Counted from the first letter of the stretch, positions 47,197 through 58,149 are shown. The stretch is DNA of 64,000 nt from Patescibacteria group bacterium (GCA_028705565.1 JAQWDH010000005.1:5803-69802); one strand, 5' to 3'. A program made the numbers and translations. The notes: generated by a model not told the origin, from the letters alone.

Positions 47197-47763
47197 ATGA
47201 TAATAGTTTATATCATTTTAGGCGCAGTGGCAATAGGAGCTTTATGGATTATCGCCACATACAACGGTTTAATACGATCAAAAAACAGGGTGGATGAATC
47301 TTATAGCGACATTGATGTCCAACTCAAACGCAGGTATGATTTGATACCGAATTTGGTGGAAACCGTGAGAGGATATATGACACACGAAAGAGAAACATTG
47401 GTAAAACTCACCGAAGCGCGAACCGCGGCGATGTCAACGCGCGAAAACAAAACCGCTTCTTTGGCTGAAAAAGAAAACGCGGAAAACGCGTTGAGCCAAA
47501 CATTGAAAAGTTTGTTCGCGGTTACGGAAAATTATCCGGCGTTGCGGGCAAGCGAAAATTTTTTACAGCTGCAAAATGAGCTGTCAGACACGGAAAACAA
47601 GATTCAAGCCGCGCGCCGATTTTACAACGGCAATGTCCGCGATTTCAATATAAAAATTCAAATCTTTCCGACAAACATTATCGCCAACATGCTAAAATTC
47701 AACAAATACGATTTTTTTCAAGCCAATGATGGTGAACGACAAAATATACAGGTAAAATTATAA
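47197..47763 (+). CDS. lemA: LemA family protein
   Basis: IDVQLKRRYDLIPNLVETV, ENYPALRA, ENKIQAARRFYN. Confidence 0.97.
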   Translation: MIIVYIILGAVAIGALWIIATYNGLIRSKNRVDESYSDIDVQLKRRYDLIPNLVETVRGYMTHERETLVKLTEARTAAMSTRENKTASLAEKENAENALSQTLKSLFAVTENYPALRASENFLQLQNELSDTENKIQAARRFYNGNVRDFNIKIQIFPTNIIANMLKFNKYDFFQANDGERQNIQVKL

Positions 47764-47767
47764 TTAC

Positions 47768-48291
47768 GTACGAACTACGAAAGGTACGAAAATACGAAAA
47801 AAATTAATTACAAATATGGAACGGCGCCAATTAAAACGTACTGACCTTTTATATCCTGATTTATCTTATAAAATTAATGGTATTTTATTTGATGTTTTTA
47901 AAGAACTTGGCGGCGGACATCTAGAAAGATACTACCAAAAAGCTACTGCCTTGGGATTTCGGAACAACGGATTAAAATTTATTGAACAATACCACGTTCC
48001 TTTAGTATACTCCGGGGAAAAAATTGGAAAATACTTCATCGATTTTCTTGTTGAGGATAAAATCGTTTTGGAATTAAAACGAGGAGTATTTATTCCGGCT
48101 AACATTCTGCATCAAGTTAAAAAATATCTGATTTCAACTAATTTAAAACTGGCTCTTATCGCTTGTTTTACAAATAAAGGCGTGGTGGTAAAAAGAATAC
48201 TTAATATATATTAACTGTATAATAAATTTCGTACTTTCGCATTTCATCACATATTCTCATTTCGTACTTTCGTACCTTTCGTAGTTCGTAC
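47768..48291. mobile_element. Putative minimal element: GxxExxY gene between 32-bp inverted repeats
   Basis: 47768-47799 and 48260-48291 are reverse complements with one mismatch; sits between lemA and htpX. Confidence 0.6.
47816..48214 (+). CDS. GxxExxY family protein (PD-(D/E)XK-like)
   Basis: 132 aa; LGGGHLERYYQ (G-x-x-E-x-x-Y), IDFLVEDKIVLELK, QVKKYL. Confidence 0.93.
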   Translation: MERRQLKRTDLLYPDLSYKINGILFDVFKELGGGHLERYYQKATALGFRNNGLKFIEQYHVPLVYSGEKIGKYFIDFLVEDKIVLELKRGVFIPANILHQVKKYLISTNLKLALIACFTNKGVVVKRILNIY

Positions 48292-48298
48292 ATAAATT

Positions 48299-49192
48299 AT
48301 GTATTCTCAAATTTCTTCCAATAAACGCAATTCGGTTTTGCTGATGATGGCAGCGATCGCGATACTCATCTCTTTAGGTTATGTTTTTGATTTGGCATCA
48401 GGACGACAGAATTACGGAGGCGTGGCAATCGCCGTATTTTTTTCTTTTATAATGACTGCTGTGTCATATTTTCAAGGCGATAAAATCGCGCTTTGGTCAA
48501 CTGGCGCTAAACCTGTTTTACACGATGAAAATCAATATCTTTACCACTTGGTGGAAAATCTTTGCATAACTTCCGGTTCTCCGATGCCGAAAATTTATGT
48601 TATTAACGACCCGGCAATCAACGCTTTCGCAACCGGCAGAAAACCAGAACTCGCTTCAGTGGCGATAACACGTGGGGCAATGGAAAAATTAAACAAAGAA
48701 GAATTGGAAGGCGTGCTCGCGCACGAACTTTCGCATATCAAAAATTATGATATCCGTTTTATGACGCTTGTTGCCGTAATAGTCGGCGCAGTGTCTATTC
48801 TTTCAAATATATTTTTGCGTTCCAGATGGTTTTCAGGAGGACGCGACAGCGACCGCGACAACGGAGGCGGACAATTGGCGGCGATTTTTATGATTATAGG
48901 AATTATTTTCGCCATACTTTCCCCTCTTATCGCGGAACTTATCAAACTCGCCGTTTCTCGCCGACGCGAATATCTCGCGGACGCGTCCGGCGCGCTGTTG
49001 ACCCGATATCCGGAAGGGCTCGCTCGAGCGTTGAAAAAAATCGCGTCTGAAAATCTACCTTTGCGTTCCGCTTCTTCAGCAACGGCGCACTTATTCATCG
49101 CCAACCCGTTCAACGGAAAAAAACTATCAGCAATGTTTTCCACTCATCCGCCAGTTGAAGACAGAATAAAAAAATTAAGAGAAATGGCGTAA
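48299..49192 (+). CDS. htpX: Zinc metalloprotease HtpX (M48)
   Basis: NAFATG, ELEGVLAHELSH, SRRREYLAD, FSTHPPVEDRI. Confidence 0.96.
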   Translation: MYSQISSNKRNSVLLMMAAIAILISLGYVFDLASGRQNYGGVAIAVFFSFIMTAVSYFQGDKIALWSTGAKPVLHDENQYLYHLVENLCITSGSPMPKIYVINDPAINAFATGRKPELASVAITRGAMEKLNKEELEGVLAHELSHIKNYDIRFMTLVAVIVGAVSILSNIFLRSRWFSGGRDSDRDNGGGQLAAIFMIIGIIFAILSPLIAELIKLAVSRRREYLADASGALLTRYPEGLARALKKIASENLPLRSASSATAHLFIANPFNGKKLSAMFSTHPPVEDRIKKLREMA

Positions 49193-49214
49193 AAATTCAA
49201 AATTTGTTTGTCGT

Positions 49215-50585
49215 CTATCGTCCATTGACCGGCTCAATCAAATCTGAAACTTCTTTAACTTTTTCATCCATTATTTCTTTTTTTCTCGCTTCCAAATTCA
49301 AACGCAAAAGCGATTCTGTGTTGGACGCGCGAACATTAAACCAAAAATCCGGATAAGTGAAAGTCAAACCGTCCAAATCGTTTATTTCCGCGTCCGCGTA
49401 TTTTTCTTTGAGCGCGGACAAAACATTTTCTTTGTTTTCCACGCGAAAATTTATTTCGCCGGAATGAAAATATCTTTTCAGCGGTTTTATGTAATCCGAC
49501 AAACTTTGGTTTGTTTCCGACAATTCCTGCAATAATTTCAAAATTACGACCATCGGCGCCTCATAAACTCCATGCGGAAATTTGACGAAAAAATGTCCTG
49601 ACGATTCACCTCCGAAAACCGCGCCGGTTTCCAACATTTGTTTTTTGATAAGAGAATGCCCGACGCGCGTAACCGACGGCGCTCCCCCATTTTCCAAAAT
49701 CATATCTTCGGTGATTTTTCCCGGACGAATATCATAACAAATCACGGCGCCTGGATTTTCGCGTAAAAACAATTTTGCCATAATTCCCCTGAGCATCGCA
49801 GGTTCCAATACCTCGCCTTTATCGTCAATAAAAAAAATCCTGTCGCCATCGCCATCCGTTGAAATTCCCAAATCGGCTTTTTCGCTTAAAACTTTTTCTT
49901 TCAAATCTTTCACATTTTTTTCTTGAAACGGGTCCGGCTGATGCGCTGGAAACGAACCGTCCAAATCAAAATTCATTTTTACAAAATCCACTTGCGGCAA
50001 ATCCGCGAATAATTTTTCCAAATACAAAGCGCCCATTGAATTGGCAGCGTCCGCAATAATTTTAAATTGTTTGATTTTGGCGATGTCCGCGTATTTTTCG
50101 CAAAAATTTTTTTCTTCTTCCAACGCCGTGTCAATGCTGATTATCATTTCTTTTTTTTCACTCGCCGGCGAAAAATTATCAGCCGAAACCGTCTCTCGTA
50201 ATTCCTCCATCCCGGTTCCCTGTCCGAACGGAATCGCTCGGTCGCGAATTATTTTTATTCCATTGTATTCTTTCGGGTTATGCGATGCTGAAATTAAAAG
50301 CCCTCCGTCATAACCGTAATATGAAACCGCGAAATAAAAAGTTGGGGTTGAAGCCAAACCGATATCAATAATCTCCGCGCCTGCGTCTATCAAACCGCGT
50401 TTTACGGCCTCAAACAAAGACGGGGAAGAAATCCGCATATCGCGTCCGATAACCAATTTGATTCCAATTTTTCCTGTTTCTTTTTTACGCGTTTCAGCGA
50501 ACGCGCGAGCGATTTTGTACGCCAAATCCTCATTTAATTCCTCGGGATAAACCCCGCGCACATCGTATGCCTTGAAAATTGACAT
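49215..50585 (-). CDS. Phosphomannomutase/phosphoglucomutase
   Basis: IFKAYDVRG, ISASHNP, DGDGDR, GGESSGH, VRASNTE. Confidence 0.95.
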   Translation of the reverse strand: MSIFKAYDVRGVYPEELNEDLAYKIARAFAETRKKETGKIGIKLVIGRDMRISSPSLFEAVKRGLIDAGAEIIDIGLASTPTFYFAVSYYGYDGGLLISASHNPKEYNGIKIIRDRAIPFGQGTGMEELRETVSADNFSPASEKKEMIISIDTALEEEKNFCEKYADIAKIKQFKIIADAANSMGALYLEKLFADLPQVDFVKMNFDLDGSFPAHQPDPFQEKNVKDLKEKVLSEKADLGISTDGDGDRIFFIDDKGEVLEPAMLRGIMAKLFLRENPGAVICYDIRPGKITEDMILENGGAPSVTRVGHSLIKKQMLETGAVFGGESSGHFFVKFPHGVYEAPMVVILKLLQELSETNQSLSDYIKPLKRYFHSGEINFRVENKENVLSALKEKYADAEINDLDGLTFTYPDFWFNVRASNTESLLRLNLEARKKEIMDEKVKEVSDLIEPVNGR

Positions 50586-50634
50586 AAAATATTAAATTAC
50601 AAATTACAAATCAAGCCAAAAATCCAAATGTCAA

Positions 50635-50732
50635 ATTGTCATTGCGCTTCGCTCGTAATGACAATATTGTCCATTATCCGTTAATGTCACAAGACAGGGA
50701 TCCCTCTCCGCCCTTGGCGGATCGGGATGACA
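50635..50732. repeat. Collapsed family A element (50635-50665) plus truncated copy (50685-50732)
   Basis: ATTGTCATTGCG-CTTCGCT-CGTAATGACAAT; second copy reverse-complements to TGTCATCCCGATCCGCCAAGGGCGGAGAG, matching the 14557 copy. Confidence 0.85.
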
Positions 50733-50775
50733 GCATCGTCCGTAATCCATAGCCCATAGTCCGCCATCGTCCGCT

Positions 50776-50804
50776 TTGACTCTTTGCTGTAAATATCATA
50801 TAAT
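50776..50804 (+). promoter_or_regulatory. Sigma70 promoter for clpC
   Basis: TTGACT-17 bp-TATAAT. Confidence 0.7.
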
Positions 50805-50894
50805 ATAACCGTAAATTAAAGCAAATTTTTATTTCGCCTTAACCTGTCAGTTTATCGTAAACGGATAAACAAAAAGGCCTAAATTTTTAATTTT

Positions 50895-53429
50895 ATGGAC
50901 ATTCTTGACCGTTTTTCAACTCATTTGCGGGAGACGCTTACGCGGGGAATCGGGACGGCAACCGAATTGTATAATTCGGAAGTGGAGCCAATCCACCTTT
51001 TTTTTGCTTTACTCGCGCAAAAAGGTTCAATCGCGTCAGAAATAATGAATCGCCTGAAAATAGACAAAAAAAAAGTTGAACAAATAATTGTAAATTTGCC
51101 GAAAAATTTTCAAGAAAAAATAATTCCAACCGGCAAACACAACCAAACCGCGGAGAATGTATTGCCCGCTATGTCGGTCGCGAGCCGTTTCGCTTTGGAA
51201 AAAGCCATGTCAATCGCGCATAAAAATCAACATAATTATATAGGAACCGAACACCTTTTGGCCGCGCTTGTTCAATCGGACGACGCTTTAATAAAACAAG
51301 CTCTCAAGGAAAGCGGAGTTAAAGCCGATAATTTGGAAAAACAATTGGAAACGGTTTTAAACAACGCCACTCAATTTCCAAAAATAGCCGAGATGACCGA
51401 AGCGCTGGAAAAAATTCAAGGACAGTTAATCGGCGACTCTTTGCTCTCCGGATTATCGGAAAACGAAGAAAAACAACCGCGCAAAACATCTCACAAAAAA
51501 AAGCAGGAATCGGCTTTGGATTATTTTGCCACCAATCTCACAAGTACGGAAAACCAAAAAAATATTGACCCTGTCATAGGACGCGAGATGGAAATTGAAC
51601 GGCTCGTGCAAATACTTTGCAGACGGACAAAAAATAATCCCGTGCTTTTGGGAGAGCCAGGTGTCGGTAAGACAGCCATAGTGGAAGGTTTGGCGAAAAA
51701 AATTTTTGAAAACAAGGAACCGGCTCTCGCCGGCAAAAAAATTTACGCTTTGGATATGGGGCTTCTCATTGCCGGCACCATTTATAGAGGCGAATTTGAA
51801 GCGCGTCTGAAACAAGTGATAGATGAGATTTCAGAAGATAAAAGCATTATTCTTTTCATAGACGAAATTCACAACATCGTCGGCGCGGGTTCAAATCAAG
51901 GAACAATGGACGCGGCGAACATCTTAAAACCCGCTCTAGCGCGCGGTCTCATTCATTGCATCGGCGCCACTACTCCGACCGAATTCAAAAAACACATTGA
52001 AAACGACCCGGCCCTTGAAAGACGTTTTCAGCCGATATTTACGCGCGAATCCGGAATTGAAGAATCAATAAAAATTTTAAACGGCATAAAAGAAAATTAC
52101 GAAAAATTCCACAATGTAAAAATTACAAACGAGGCCGTGGAAGCCGCGGTTAAACTTTCTGAACGTTATATTCCAAATAAATTTTTACCGGATAAAGCCA
52201 TTGATATTTTGGACGAAACCGCCTCAGCTTTGCGTTTGCGAAAAAAACCGACCCTGAATGAAAATAAACTTTTACGGCTTAAACAAAAACTTGAACAAGT
52301 TTTGATTTCCAAGGAAAAATCCGCCGCGTCTGATAATTTTTCAGAAGCCGCAAAATGGAAAGACGAAGAAAAAAAACTCGCGGAAGAAATCAAAATAACG
52401 GAAAACATAATTTCTAAAAACAAAAAAATCATCGGCGAAATAGGCGCGTTGGAAATCGCGGAACAAGTTGCTAAAATCTGCGGGACAAAACCCCAAGAAC
52501 TTCTGATGGGAGAAAAAGAACGAATGAATGGTTTAAAAAACGATTTAAAAAAATACATTTTGGGACAAGACGAGGTTTTGGAAGAAGTAAGCCAAGGCAT
52601 AATTCGCTCTCAATTAGGCATCGCGGACGCGAACAAACCGACCGCTTCGTTCTTTTTTGTCGGAGAAAGCGGCTCGGGCAAAACCGAACTGGCGAAATCA
52701 ATCACCAAGGCGCTCTATCCCGCGCACGACGCTCTCATACGTCTTGACATGAGCGAATTCAATGAAAGTTTCGGTGTGTCAAAACTTTTAGGTTCGCCTG
52801 CCGGATATATCGGCTACAAAGAAAGCAACCAATTCACGGACAGGGTGAAAATGAATCCTCACAGCGTTATACTTTTTGATGAAATAGACAAGGCGCATCG
52901 CGATGTCGTCAAACTTTTATTGCAAATTCTGGAAAGCGGCGAGATTACGGATTCAACCGGTAAAAAAATTTCTTTGCGTCAATCAATTATAATCCTTACT
53001 GCCACAACCGGAGTTGAAGAAACAAAAAACGGATGCATCGGTTTCGGAAACTCCTCACAAAAAAAAGAAGACCGCGTAAAAATCGCGGTAGAAAAATTAA
53101 AAGAACATTTTTCCGCCGAACTTATCAATCGTATTGATAAAATTTGTTTATTTAACCATATTTCTCCGGAAATTCTTTCGGAAATAGCAGATTTGGAAAT
53201 AAAACAAATCAACGAACGGCTGAAAAAATATAAAACCGCCGTGCAAACCGACAAACAAATTTTGGATTGGCTCGCTCGGCAATTGCCCGCGTCGGAAACA
53301 AACGCGCGTTCCATTCGCCGGCTCGCGCGCGAAGAAATAGAAAAAATAATGTCTGAAATAATATTGAAAGGAAAAATAAAATCCAATTTCAAATTAACCG
53401 TTGAAAAAGAAAAATTAATGGCGAGGTAA
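50895..53429 (+). CDS. clpC: ATP-dependent Clp protease ATP-binding subunit (ClpC-like)
   Basis: Two Clp_N repeats, [57 protein letters not shown]; short UVR-like middle domain. Confidence 0.92.
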   Translation: MDILDRFSTHLRETLTRGIGTATELYNSEVEPIHLFFALLAQKGSIASEIMNRLKIDKKKVEQIIVNLPKNFQEKIIPTGKHNQTAENVLPAMSVASRFALEKAMSIAHKNQHNYIGTEHLLAALVQSDDALIKQALKESGVKADNLEKQLETVLNNATQFPKIAEMTEALEKIQGQLIGDSLLSGLSENEEKQPRKTSHKKKQESALDYFATNLTSTENQKNIDPVIGREMEIERLVQILCRRTKNNPVLLGEPGVGKTAIVEGLAKKIFENKEPALAGKKIYALDMGLLIAGTIYRGEFEARLKQVIDEISEDKSIILFIDEIHNIVGAGSNQGTMDAANILKPALARGLIHCIGATTPTEFKKHIENDPALERRFQPIFTRESGIEESIKILNGIKENYEKFHNVKITNEAVEAAVKLSERYIPNKFLPDKAIDILDETASALRLRKKPTLNENKLLRLKQKLEQVLISKEKSAASDNFSEAAKWKDEEKKLAEEIKITENIISKNKKIIGEIGALEIAEQVAKICGTKPQELLMGEKERMNGLKNDLKKYILGQDEVLEEVSQGIIRSQLGIADANKPTASFFFVGESGSGKTELAKSITKALYPAHDALIRLDMSEFNESFGVSKLLGSPAGYIGYKESNQFTDRVKMNPHSVILFDEIDKAHRDVVKLLLQILESGEITDSTGKKISLRQSIIILTATTGVEETKNGCIGFGNSSQKKEDRVKIAVEKLKEHFSAELINRIDKICLFNHISPEILSEIADLEIKQINERLKKYKTAVQTDKQILDWLARQLPASETNARSIRRLAREEIEKIMSEIILKGKIKSNFKLTVEKEKLMAR

Positions 53430-53579
53430 GTTAGCAAGAACCGCTTTTAATTTCCAATTTATATTTTAACAATTAACAACACAAAATTTTTAATTTTATA
53501 ATTTTTAAATAAATCTTGATGCTTAAATTTTTAAACATTAAAAATTATAAAATTAAAAATTGATACTTGTGTTTTATAT

Positions 53580-54314
53580 ATGTCTCCATTTGAAAAACAA
53601 AATTTTAGCTCACCTCCTCCGCAGCTGCCAGAAAACGAACAACATTCCGCGGCTGACGAATTGGCGAGCGCGAGATCCGCAAAACCCGCCGGGGTTGACC
53701 CTTCCGGATTTTTAAATCAACGCCCGCGAGAAGAATTCGCGTCTCTTGTTCCGTCTGAAGAAATCGGAGCGGCAGAAGAAATGGAAAACGAAAAAGCGCA
53801 AGCGAGAATGGAAAAAGAAAACGAAGAAAGCGCTCCGAATGAAGTTAATGAATATCTGGAAGAAATGGGAGGTATGGCGAATTTTGGAGGGCAAGGACAA
53901 GAACGCGGATGGACAAATCAGATAAACAACGCTCTGAAAGAAATAGGCGGCATGAAGTCAGACCAAAATAAACTGGAAAAAATGAACAGATTGGTTACTA
54001 AATTGAAAAAACTTGAAAAAGCGGCGCGCGCAGTTGATGCCATCTCCACCATCAAAAATTACCTAGCCATAATGGTTGAAATATGGTGGTGGACGATAAT
54101 TGGAGCTATAATAGATATAGTAATTGTCATCCCTGCGATTTTTCTCGCTTACTGGCTCGGTTTTGTCAAAGGCAAATTCGCGAAACAAATGGAGGCGCTG
54201 AGAAAAACCGCGGAAAAAGCGAAAAACAAAATATCCGCGATTATAAAAATAAAAAATTTGCAAAAAATCAGCCTTGCGGAAGCGGCGACTTTATATGGAA
54301 AAAATAAATTATAA
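53580..54314 (+). CDS. Hypothetical membrane protein
   Basis: Acidic disordered N-terminus, coiled coil, hydrophobic segment near residues 160-195. Confidence 0.7.
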   Translation: MSPFEKQNFSSPPPQLPENEQHSAADELASARSAKPAGVDPSGFLNQRPREEFASLVPSEEIGAAEEMENEKAQARMEKENEESAPNEVNEYLEEMGGMANFGGQGQERGWTNQINNALKEIGGMKSDQNKLEKMNRLVTKLKKLEKAARAVDAISTIKNYLAIMVEIWWWTIIGAIIDIVIVIPAIFLAYWLGFVKGKFAKQMEALRKTAEKAKNKISAIIKIKNLQKISLAEAATLYGKNKL

Positions 54315-54324
54315 ATTTTAATCT

Positions 54325-55563
54325 ATGTTTTTCAATTTCAAAAAAATAATTTTAATCGTCATCGTCGTCATAATCGCCGGTCTTATCGGTTTCGCTCTTT
54401 ATTATATGTTTACCAAAACGGCCCCAATTCAAAAAACAACAGAAACAGGGGAAGTCACGCCGTCAGGACAACTCCCATCGTCCGGAGAAATGCCGGCCGG
54501 CGCGACAGGGGCTGAAACCGAAGGAGAAATACCGTCAGGACAACTGCCGTCGGGAATATCCGTTCCGGGCGCGGGAAGCGCGTCCTATTATCAGCCGAAA
54601 GCCGTAATAAAAATCAGCGACGATTACGCGGTCCATTCTTCTTTAAATTCAAAAAATGGAAATTATCGCTACTACAATTCAGGCAACGGAAAATTTTACC
54701 GCGTTCAAGCCGACGGAACGATAAAAGAATTAACCGACCAAGTTTTTTACAATGTCAAAAATGTAACTTGGGCGAAAAACAACGATAAGGCGGTTTTGGA
54801 GTATCCGGACGGCTCAAAAATAATTTATAATTTTGAAATCAAAAAACAAGTCACTTTGCCAAAACATTGGGAAGAATTTTCCTTTTCCTCGGATGGAACG
54901 CAGGTCGCCGCCAAAAGCATCGGATTGTCGCCGGAAAATCGATGGCTCGTGACGATAAACGACGACGGAACCGGAACGAAACTTGTGGAGCCGATGGGAA
55001 ATAACGCCGACCGCGTGCAAATCGCATGGTCTCCGAGCAACCAAACAGTCGCTTTTTCGCAAACCGGCGAACCGCTTGGAGCCGAACGACGCGAAGTGCT
55101 TTTTGTCGGATTAAACAATGAAAATTTCAAATCAACGATTGTTGAAGGCATGGGGTTTACTCCGCAATGGTCAAATACGGGAAAAAAGTTGCTATACAGC
55201 GTTTACAGCTCACGCACCGATTACAAACCGGAAATTTGGGTTGTTAATTCTTATGGAGATGAAATCGGCTCGGACAGACAAGAGCTAAAAATAAATACAT
55301 GGGCTGATAAATGCGCTTTCGGAGACGACAACACTCTTTTTTGCGCTATACCGCAAAACCTTCCCCGCGGAGCTGGAATGTCGCGTGAAATAGCGAACAG
55401 CTCGTATGATACGCTTTATAAAATTGACTTAAAAACAGGCCTCAAAACCAATATACCATTGGAGGAAAACTATAACATTCAAAACATTTCTTACGACCAA
55501 TCCAACAATAAACTTTTTTTTAACGACTTAAATAAAAACGGAATTTTTGAAGCGCAATTATAA
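54325..55563 (+). CDS. Membrane-anchored TolB/WD40-like beta-propeller protein
   Basis: N-terminal TM, Pro/Gly linker, repeats FSFSSDGTQV, AWSPSNQTVAF, PQWSNTGKKLLY. Confidence 0.75.
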   Translation: MFFNFKKIILIVIVVIIAGLIGFALYYMFTKTAPIQKTTETGEVTPSGQLPSSGEMPAGATGAETEGEIPSGQLPSGISVPGAGSASYYQPKAVIKISDDYAVHSSLNSKNGNYRYYNSGNGKFYRVQADGTIKELTDQVFYNVKNVTWAKNNDKAVLEYPDGSKIIYNFEIKKQVTLPKHWEEFSFSSDGTQVAAKSIGLSPENRWLVTINDDGTGTKLVEPMGNNADRVQIAWSPSNQTVAFSQTGEPLGAERREVLFVGLNNENFKSTIVEGMGFTPQWSNTGKKLLYSVYSSRTDYKPEIWVVNSYGDEIGSDRQELKINTWADKCAFGDDNTLFCAIPQNLPRGAGMSREIANSSYDTLYKIDLKTGLKTNIPLEENYNIQNISYDQSNNKLFFNDLNKNGIFEAQL

Positions 55564-55564
55564 T

Positions 55565-56209
55565 ATGAAAAAATTATATTTGATTCTTTTTATTACAGCG
55601 GCTTTGGCAGGAGTTTTCTTTTTTACGCAATACAAAAAAATGCGCGGCATCACAATCACGCATAAAACCACCGATATCATTAGCCAACAAATTTATAACA
55701 TTCCAATTTCCAACAGCGAAGAACCATACGGAAACCCGGGCGCGCCTATGACGATTGTTGAATTTATTGATTTGAACAATCGCGACAGTCGCGATATTCA
55801 TCTCGCTCTGGTTGCTTTTATAAATAAAAACACTCAATCGGCAAGATTATTTTGGAAAGACGCTCCATATAAAGGGATTATTTTTCAAAATGATATAATT
55901 GCTCATAAAGCGGTCTTTTGCGCCGCTAAACAAAAAAAAGGATGGGAGTTCGCGAATAAAATAGCGACTGAGAAAAAAATAAATGAAGCGATTTTACAAA
56001 AAGTAGGACAGAGTGTTGATTTCAACATTGGCAACTGGTGGCTATGCGCCAATTCGCAAGAAGCGAAAGATTATATTGACGCGTCAGCTGCTTTAAGCAA
56101 AGCTCTCGGCGTAAATTCCGCTCCGGCGATTTTTGTAAACAATCGCCGTTTGAATTTGGACACCGAAATCCCATTGGAAGAAATTTTAAATAAATTCATT
56201 GTCAAATAA
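55565..56209 (+). CDS. DsbA/BdbD-like thioredoxin-fold protein lacking CxxC
   Basis: PYGNPGAPMTIVEFID, LFWKDAP, LGVNSAPAIFVNN; N-terminal TM. Confidence 0.75.
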   Translation: MKKLYLILFITAALAGVFFFTQYKKMRGITITHKTTDIISQQIYNIPISNSEEPYGNPGAPMTIVEFIDLNNRDSRDIHLALVAFINKNTQSARLFWKDAPYKGIIFQNDIIAHKAVFCAAKQKKGWEFANKIATEKKINEAILQKVGQSVDFNIGNWWLCANSQEAKDYIDASAALSKALGVNSAPAIFVNNRRLNLDTEIPLEEILNKFIVK

Positions 56210-56211
56210 TT

Positions 56212-58119
56212 ATGCGTGAAATTAAAAAACTCGGAATATCCTGCGTATTAAGCTTGTTTTTGCTGTTATTTTTTTGCGCGCCGGTTTACGCCGGATCGTG
56301 TAAATGCCTGCAAACAAGCGATACTGGTTCGGAAGAAATGTGTTATGAAGAAAAAAACAGCGCCAGCGATTGTCCTTCTGGAACTTTGGGAAATCTCACT
56401 ATCGCTTCATGCAATTTTTTTTCAGGAGCCAATTGTCAAACCGCGTCCACTGAAACAACTCCAGCCGTTACGGATGTCACGGAAGATTTACAAATTAACA
56501 AGCCCATATTGGAAATAAACATTCCGCAACTTCAATTGAGCGACGTTGGCGCCGAGCTGGATGAAGAGGGCTACATGCATTTGCCGTGGATAGGAGAATA
56601 TCTGTCCGCGATTTATAAATTCGGACTTATAGCCATAAGCATTGTCGCGGTGGTTTTGATTATTTTAACAGGAGCAAAAATAATCGTTTCTGACGAAAAA
56701 GAAAAAAATGAAGGACTAAAACGCGTCGGACAAATTGTTATCGGCCTTTTCATCGCCTGGGGTTCCTACGCCATTCTTTACAACATCAATCCCGATTTGG
56801 TGACTTTTAAACCGTTAAAAGTAAGGTATATACCGCGCACAAGTTTTGACCAACTGATATTTGATAAGGGAAATGAAAACGAATCCTTTGCAACTTCCAA
56901 CCTTTCGCCATCCGAGCTAGACGGTCTGTTCCGATCATATGCGTCTTGCTATGGCATGGATTGGAAAATTTTAAAAGTTATAGCTCAAACAGAAAGTAAC
57001 CTAAATCCGAATGTGGTTAACAGGTTTGGTTTTCAAGGCCTGTTTCAAATGAAAAGGGCGTATTGCGAAGGTTCCATGGAAATTGAACCGAGATTACAAT
57101 CTTCGGGTTTAAATATAAATTGCGAAAATTTATTGGATCCTGAAACAAATACCGCTCTTGCGGCTGCCGGCATCAACCATGATCTTGGTAGAATTATAAA
57201 TAAATGCGGACAAAATATCAACGGCGCCGATGCGGTAAGATTAATATATATAGGGCATAACAATGGCGCCGGAGTTTTAAGAAGCATATTAAACAGAGTG
57301 ACAAGCGGTCAATGCCAAGGAAATAATATAAGAGCCATTGTTGAACAAGTTTATAGAAGCGGGGAATTCCATAGTAATATCACAGTGGAAGAAGCATTGC
57401 GAAGATTTGATAATGCCATAACCAGAACAGCTCAAAGAGCCCAATCAGCCGGAATTTCCAATGTCTATCCTAACGGTCCAGATACGAACACTTGCCCGCT
57501 TTCAACAGGCAGAAGATACGCCGGTATAACAAATAATATAACCACAAATAATATTTTAGCTATCGGCGATTCTATCACAGCCGATTCTTCTTCATACGCG
57601 CGTGTTTTGACAATACCTGAATCAAATATAAAAGCGCAAGTTGGCAGAAAAGTTGATATCCCGGGCGAAGGCAGCTGCCCGGGAGAAACATGCGATATGC
57701 GCGCTTCAATAAAAAATCTTAATTTATCCGGTTTTACTTCAGTAATCGTTTTAGGAGGAATTAATGATCTGGCCTCTGTAAAAAATGCCCAAACCGTAAT
57801 TAACAGATTAACCAGTTTATATAATGATATAAAAAATAAAAACAACAATATTAAAATAATAGGTATTACAATACCTCCGTGGGGAAATTGGACTGGCAAC
57901 AGTGACGCCGCAAATTTACAAGACGAAACGCAAACAATAAATAATTGGATTAAATCAAACGCGGACATAGCTGTTGATTTTTACAGTTTGATACTTGAAC
58001 CGAATAGCGCCCCTCCAGCGCAACAACAAAGATATAAAGGCGACGGTTTGCACCCGAATTCCGCGGCTCACCAAGTTCTGGCAAACGAAATAAGACAGCG
58101 AGCTTTTCCAAACCAATAA
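56212..58119 (+). CDS. Secreted multidomain protein: pilin-like TM pair, lytic transglycosylase (SLT), SGNH/GDSL hydrolase
   Basis: Signal peptide; two TMs ending YAILYNINP; IAQTESNLNP, GLFQM, HNNGAG; AIGDSIT, LGGIND, DGLHPN. Confidence 0.8.
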   Translation: MREIKKLGISCVLSLFLLLFFCAPVYAGSCKCLQTSDTGSEEMCYEEKNSASDCPSGTLGNLTIASCNFFSGANCQTASTETTPAVTDVTEDLQINKPILEINIPQLQLSDVGAELDEEGYMHLPWIGEYLSAIYKFGLIAISIVAVVLIILTGAKIIVSDEKEKNEGLKRVGQIVIGLFIAWGSYAILYNINPDLVTFKPLKVRYIPRTSFDQLIFDKGNENESFATSNLSPSELDGLFRSYASCYGMDWKILKVIAQTESNLNPNVVNRFGFQGLFQMKRAYCEGSMEIEPRLQSSGLNINCENLLDPETNTALAAAGINHDLGRIINKCGQNINGADAVRLIYIGHNNGAGVLRSILNRVTSGQCQGNNIRAIVEQVYRSGEFHSNITVEEALRRFDNAITRTAQRAQSAGISNVYPNGPDTNTCPLSTGRRYAGITNNITTNNILAIGDSITADSSSYARVLTIPESNIKAQVGRKVDIPGEGSCPGETCDMRASIKNLNLSGFTSVIVLGGINDLASVKNAQTVINRLTSLYNDIKNKNNNIKIIGITIPPWGNWTGNSDAANLQDETQTINNWIKSNADIAVDFYSLILEPNSAPPAQQQRYKGDGLHPNSAAHQVLANEIRQRAFPNQ

Positions 58120-58149
58120 TTTTATACCAAAAAACGATTTAAAACAGCT

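Noticed and set aside
54460-54552. Repeated CCGTCAGGACAACT (PSGQLPS) in the beta-propeller gene
   Set aside because: Ordinary low-complexity linker duplication
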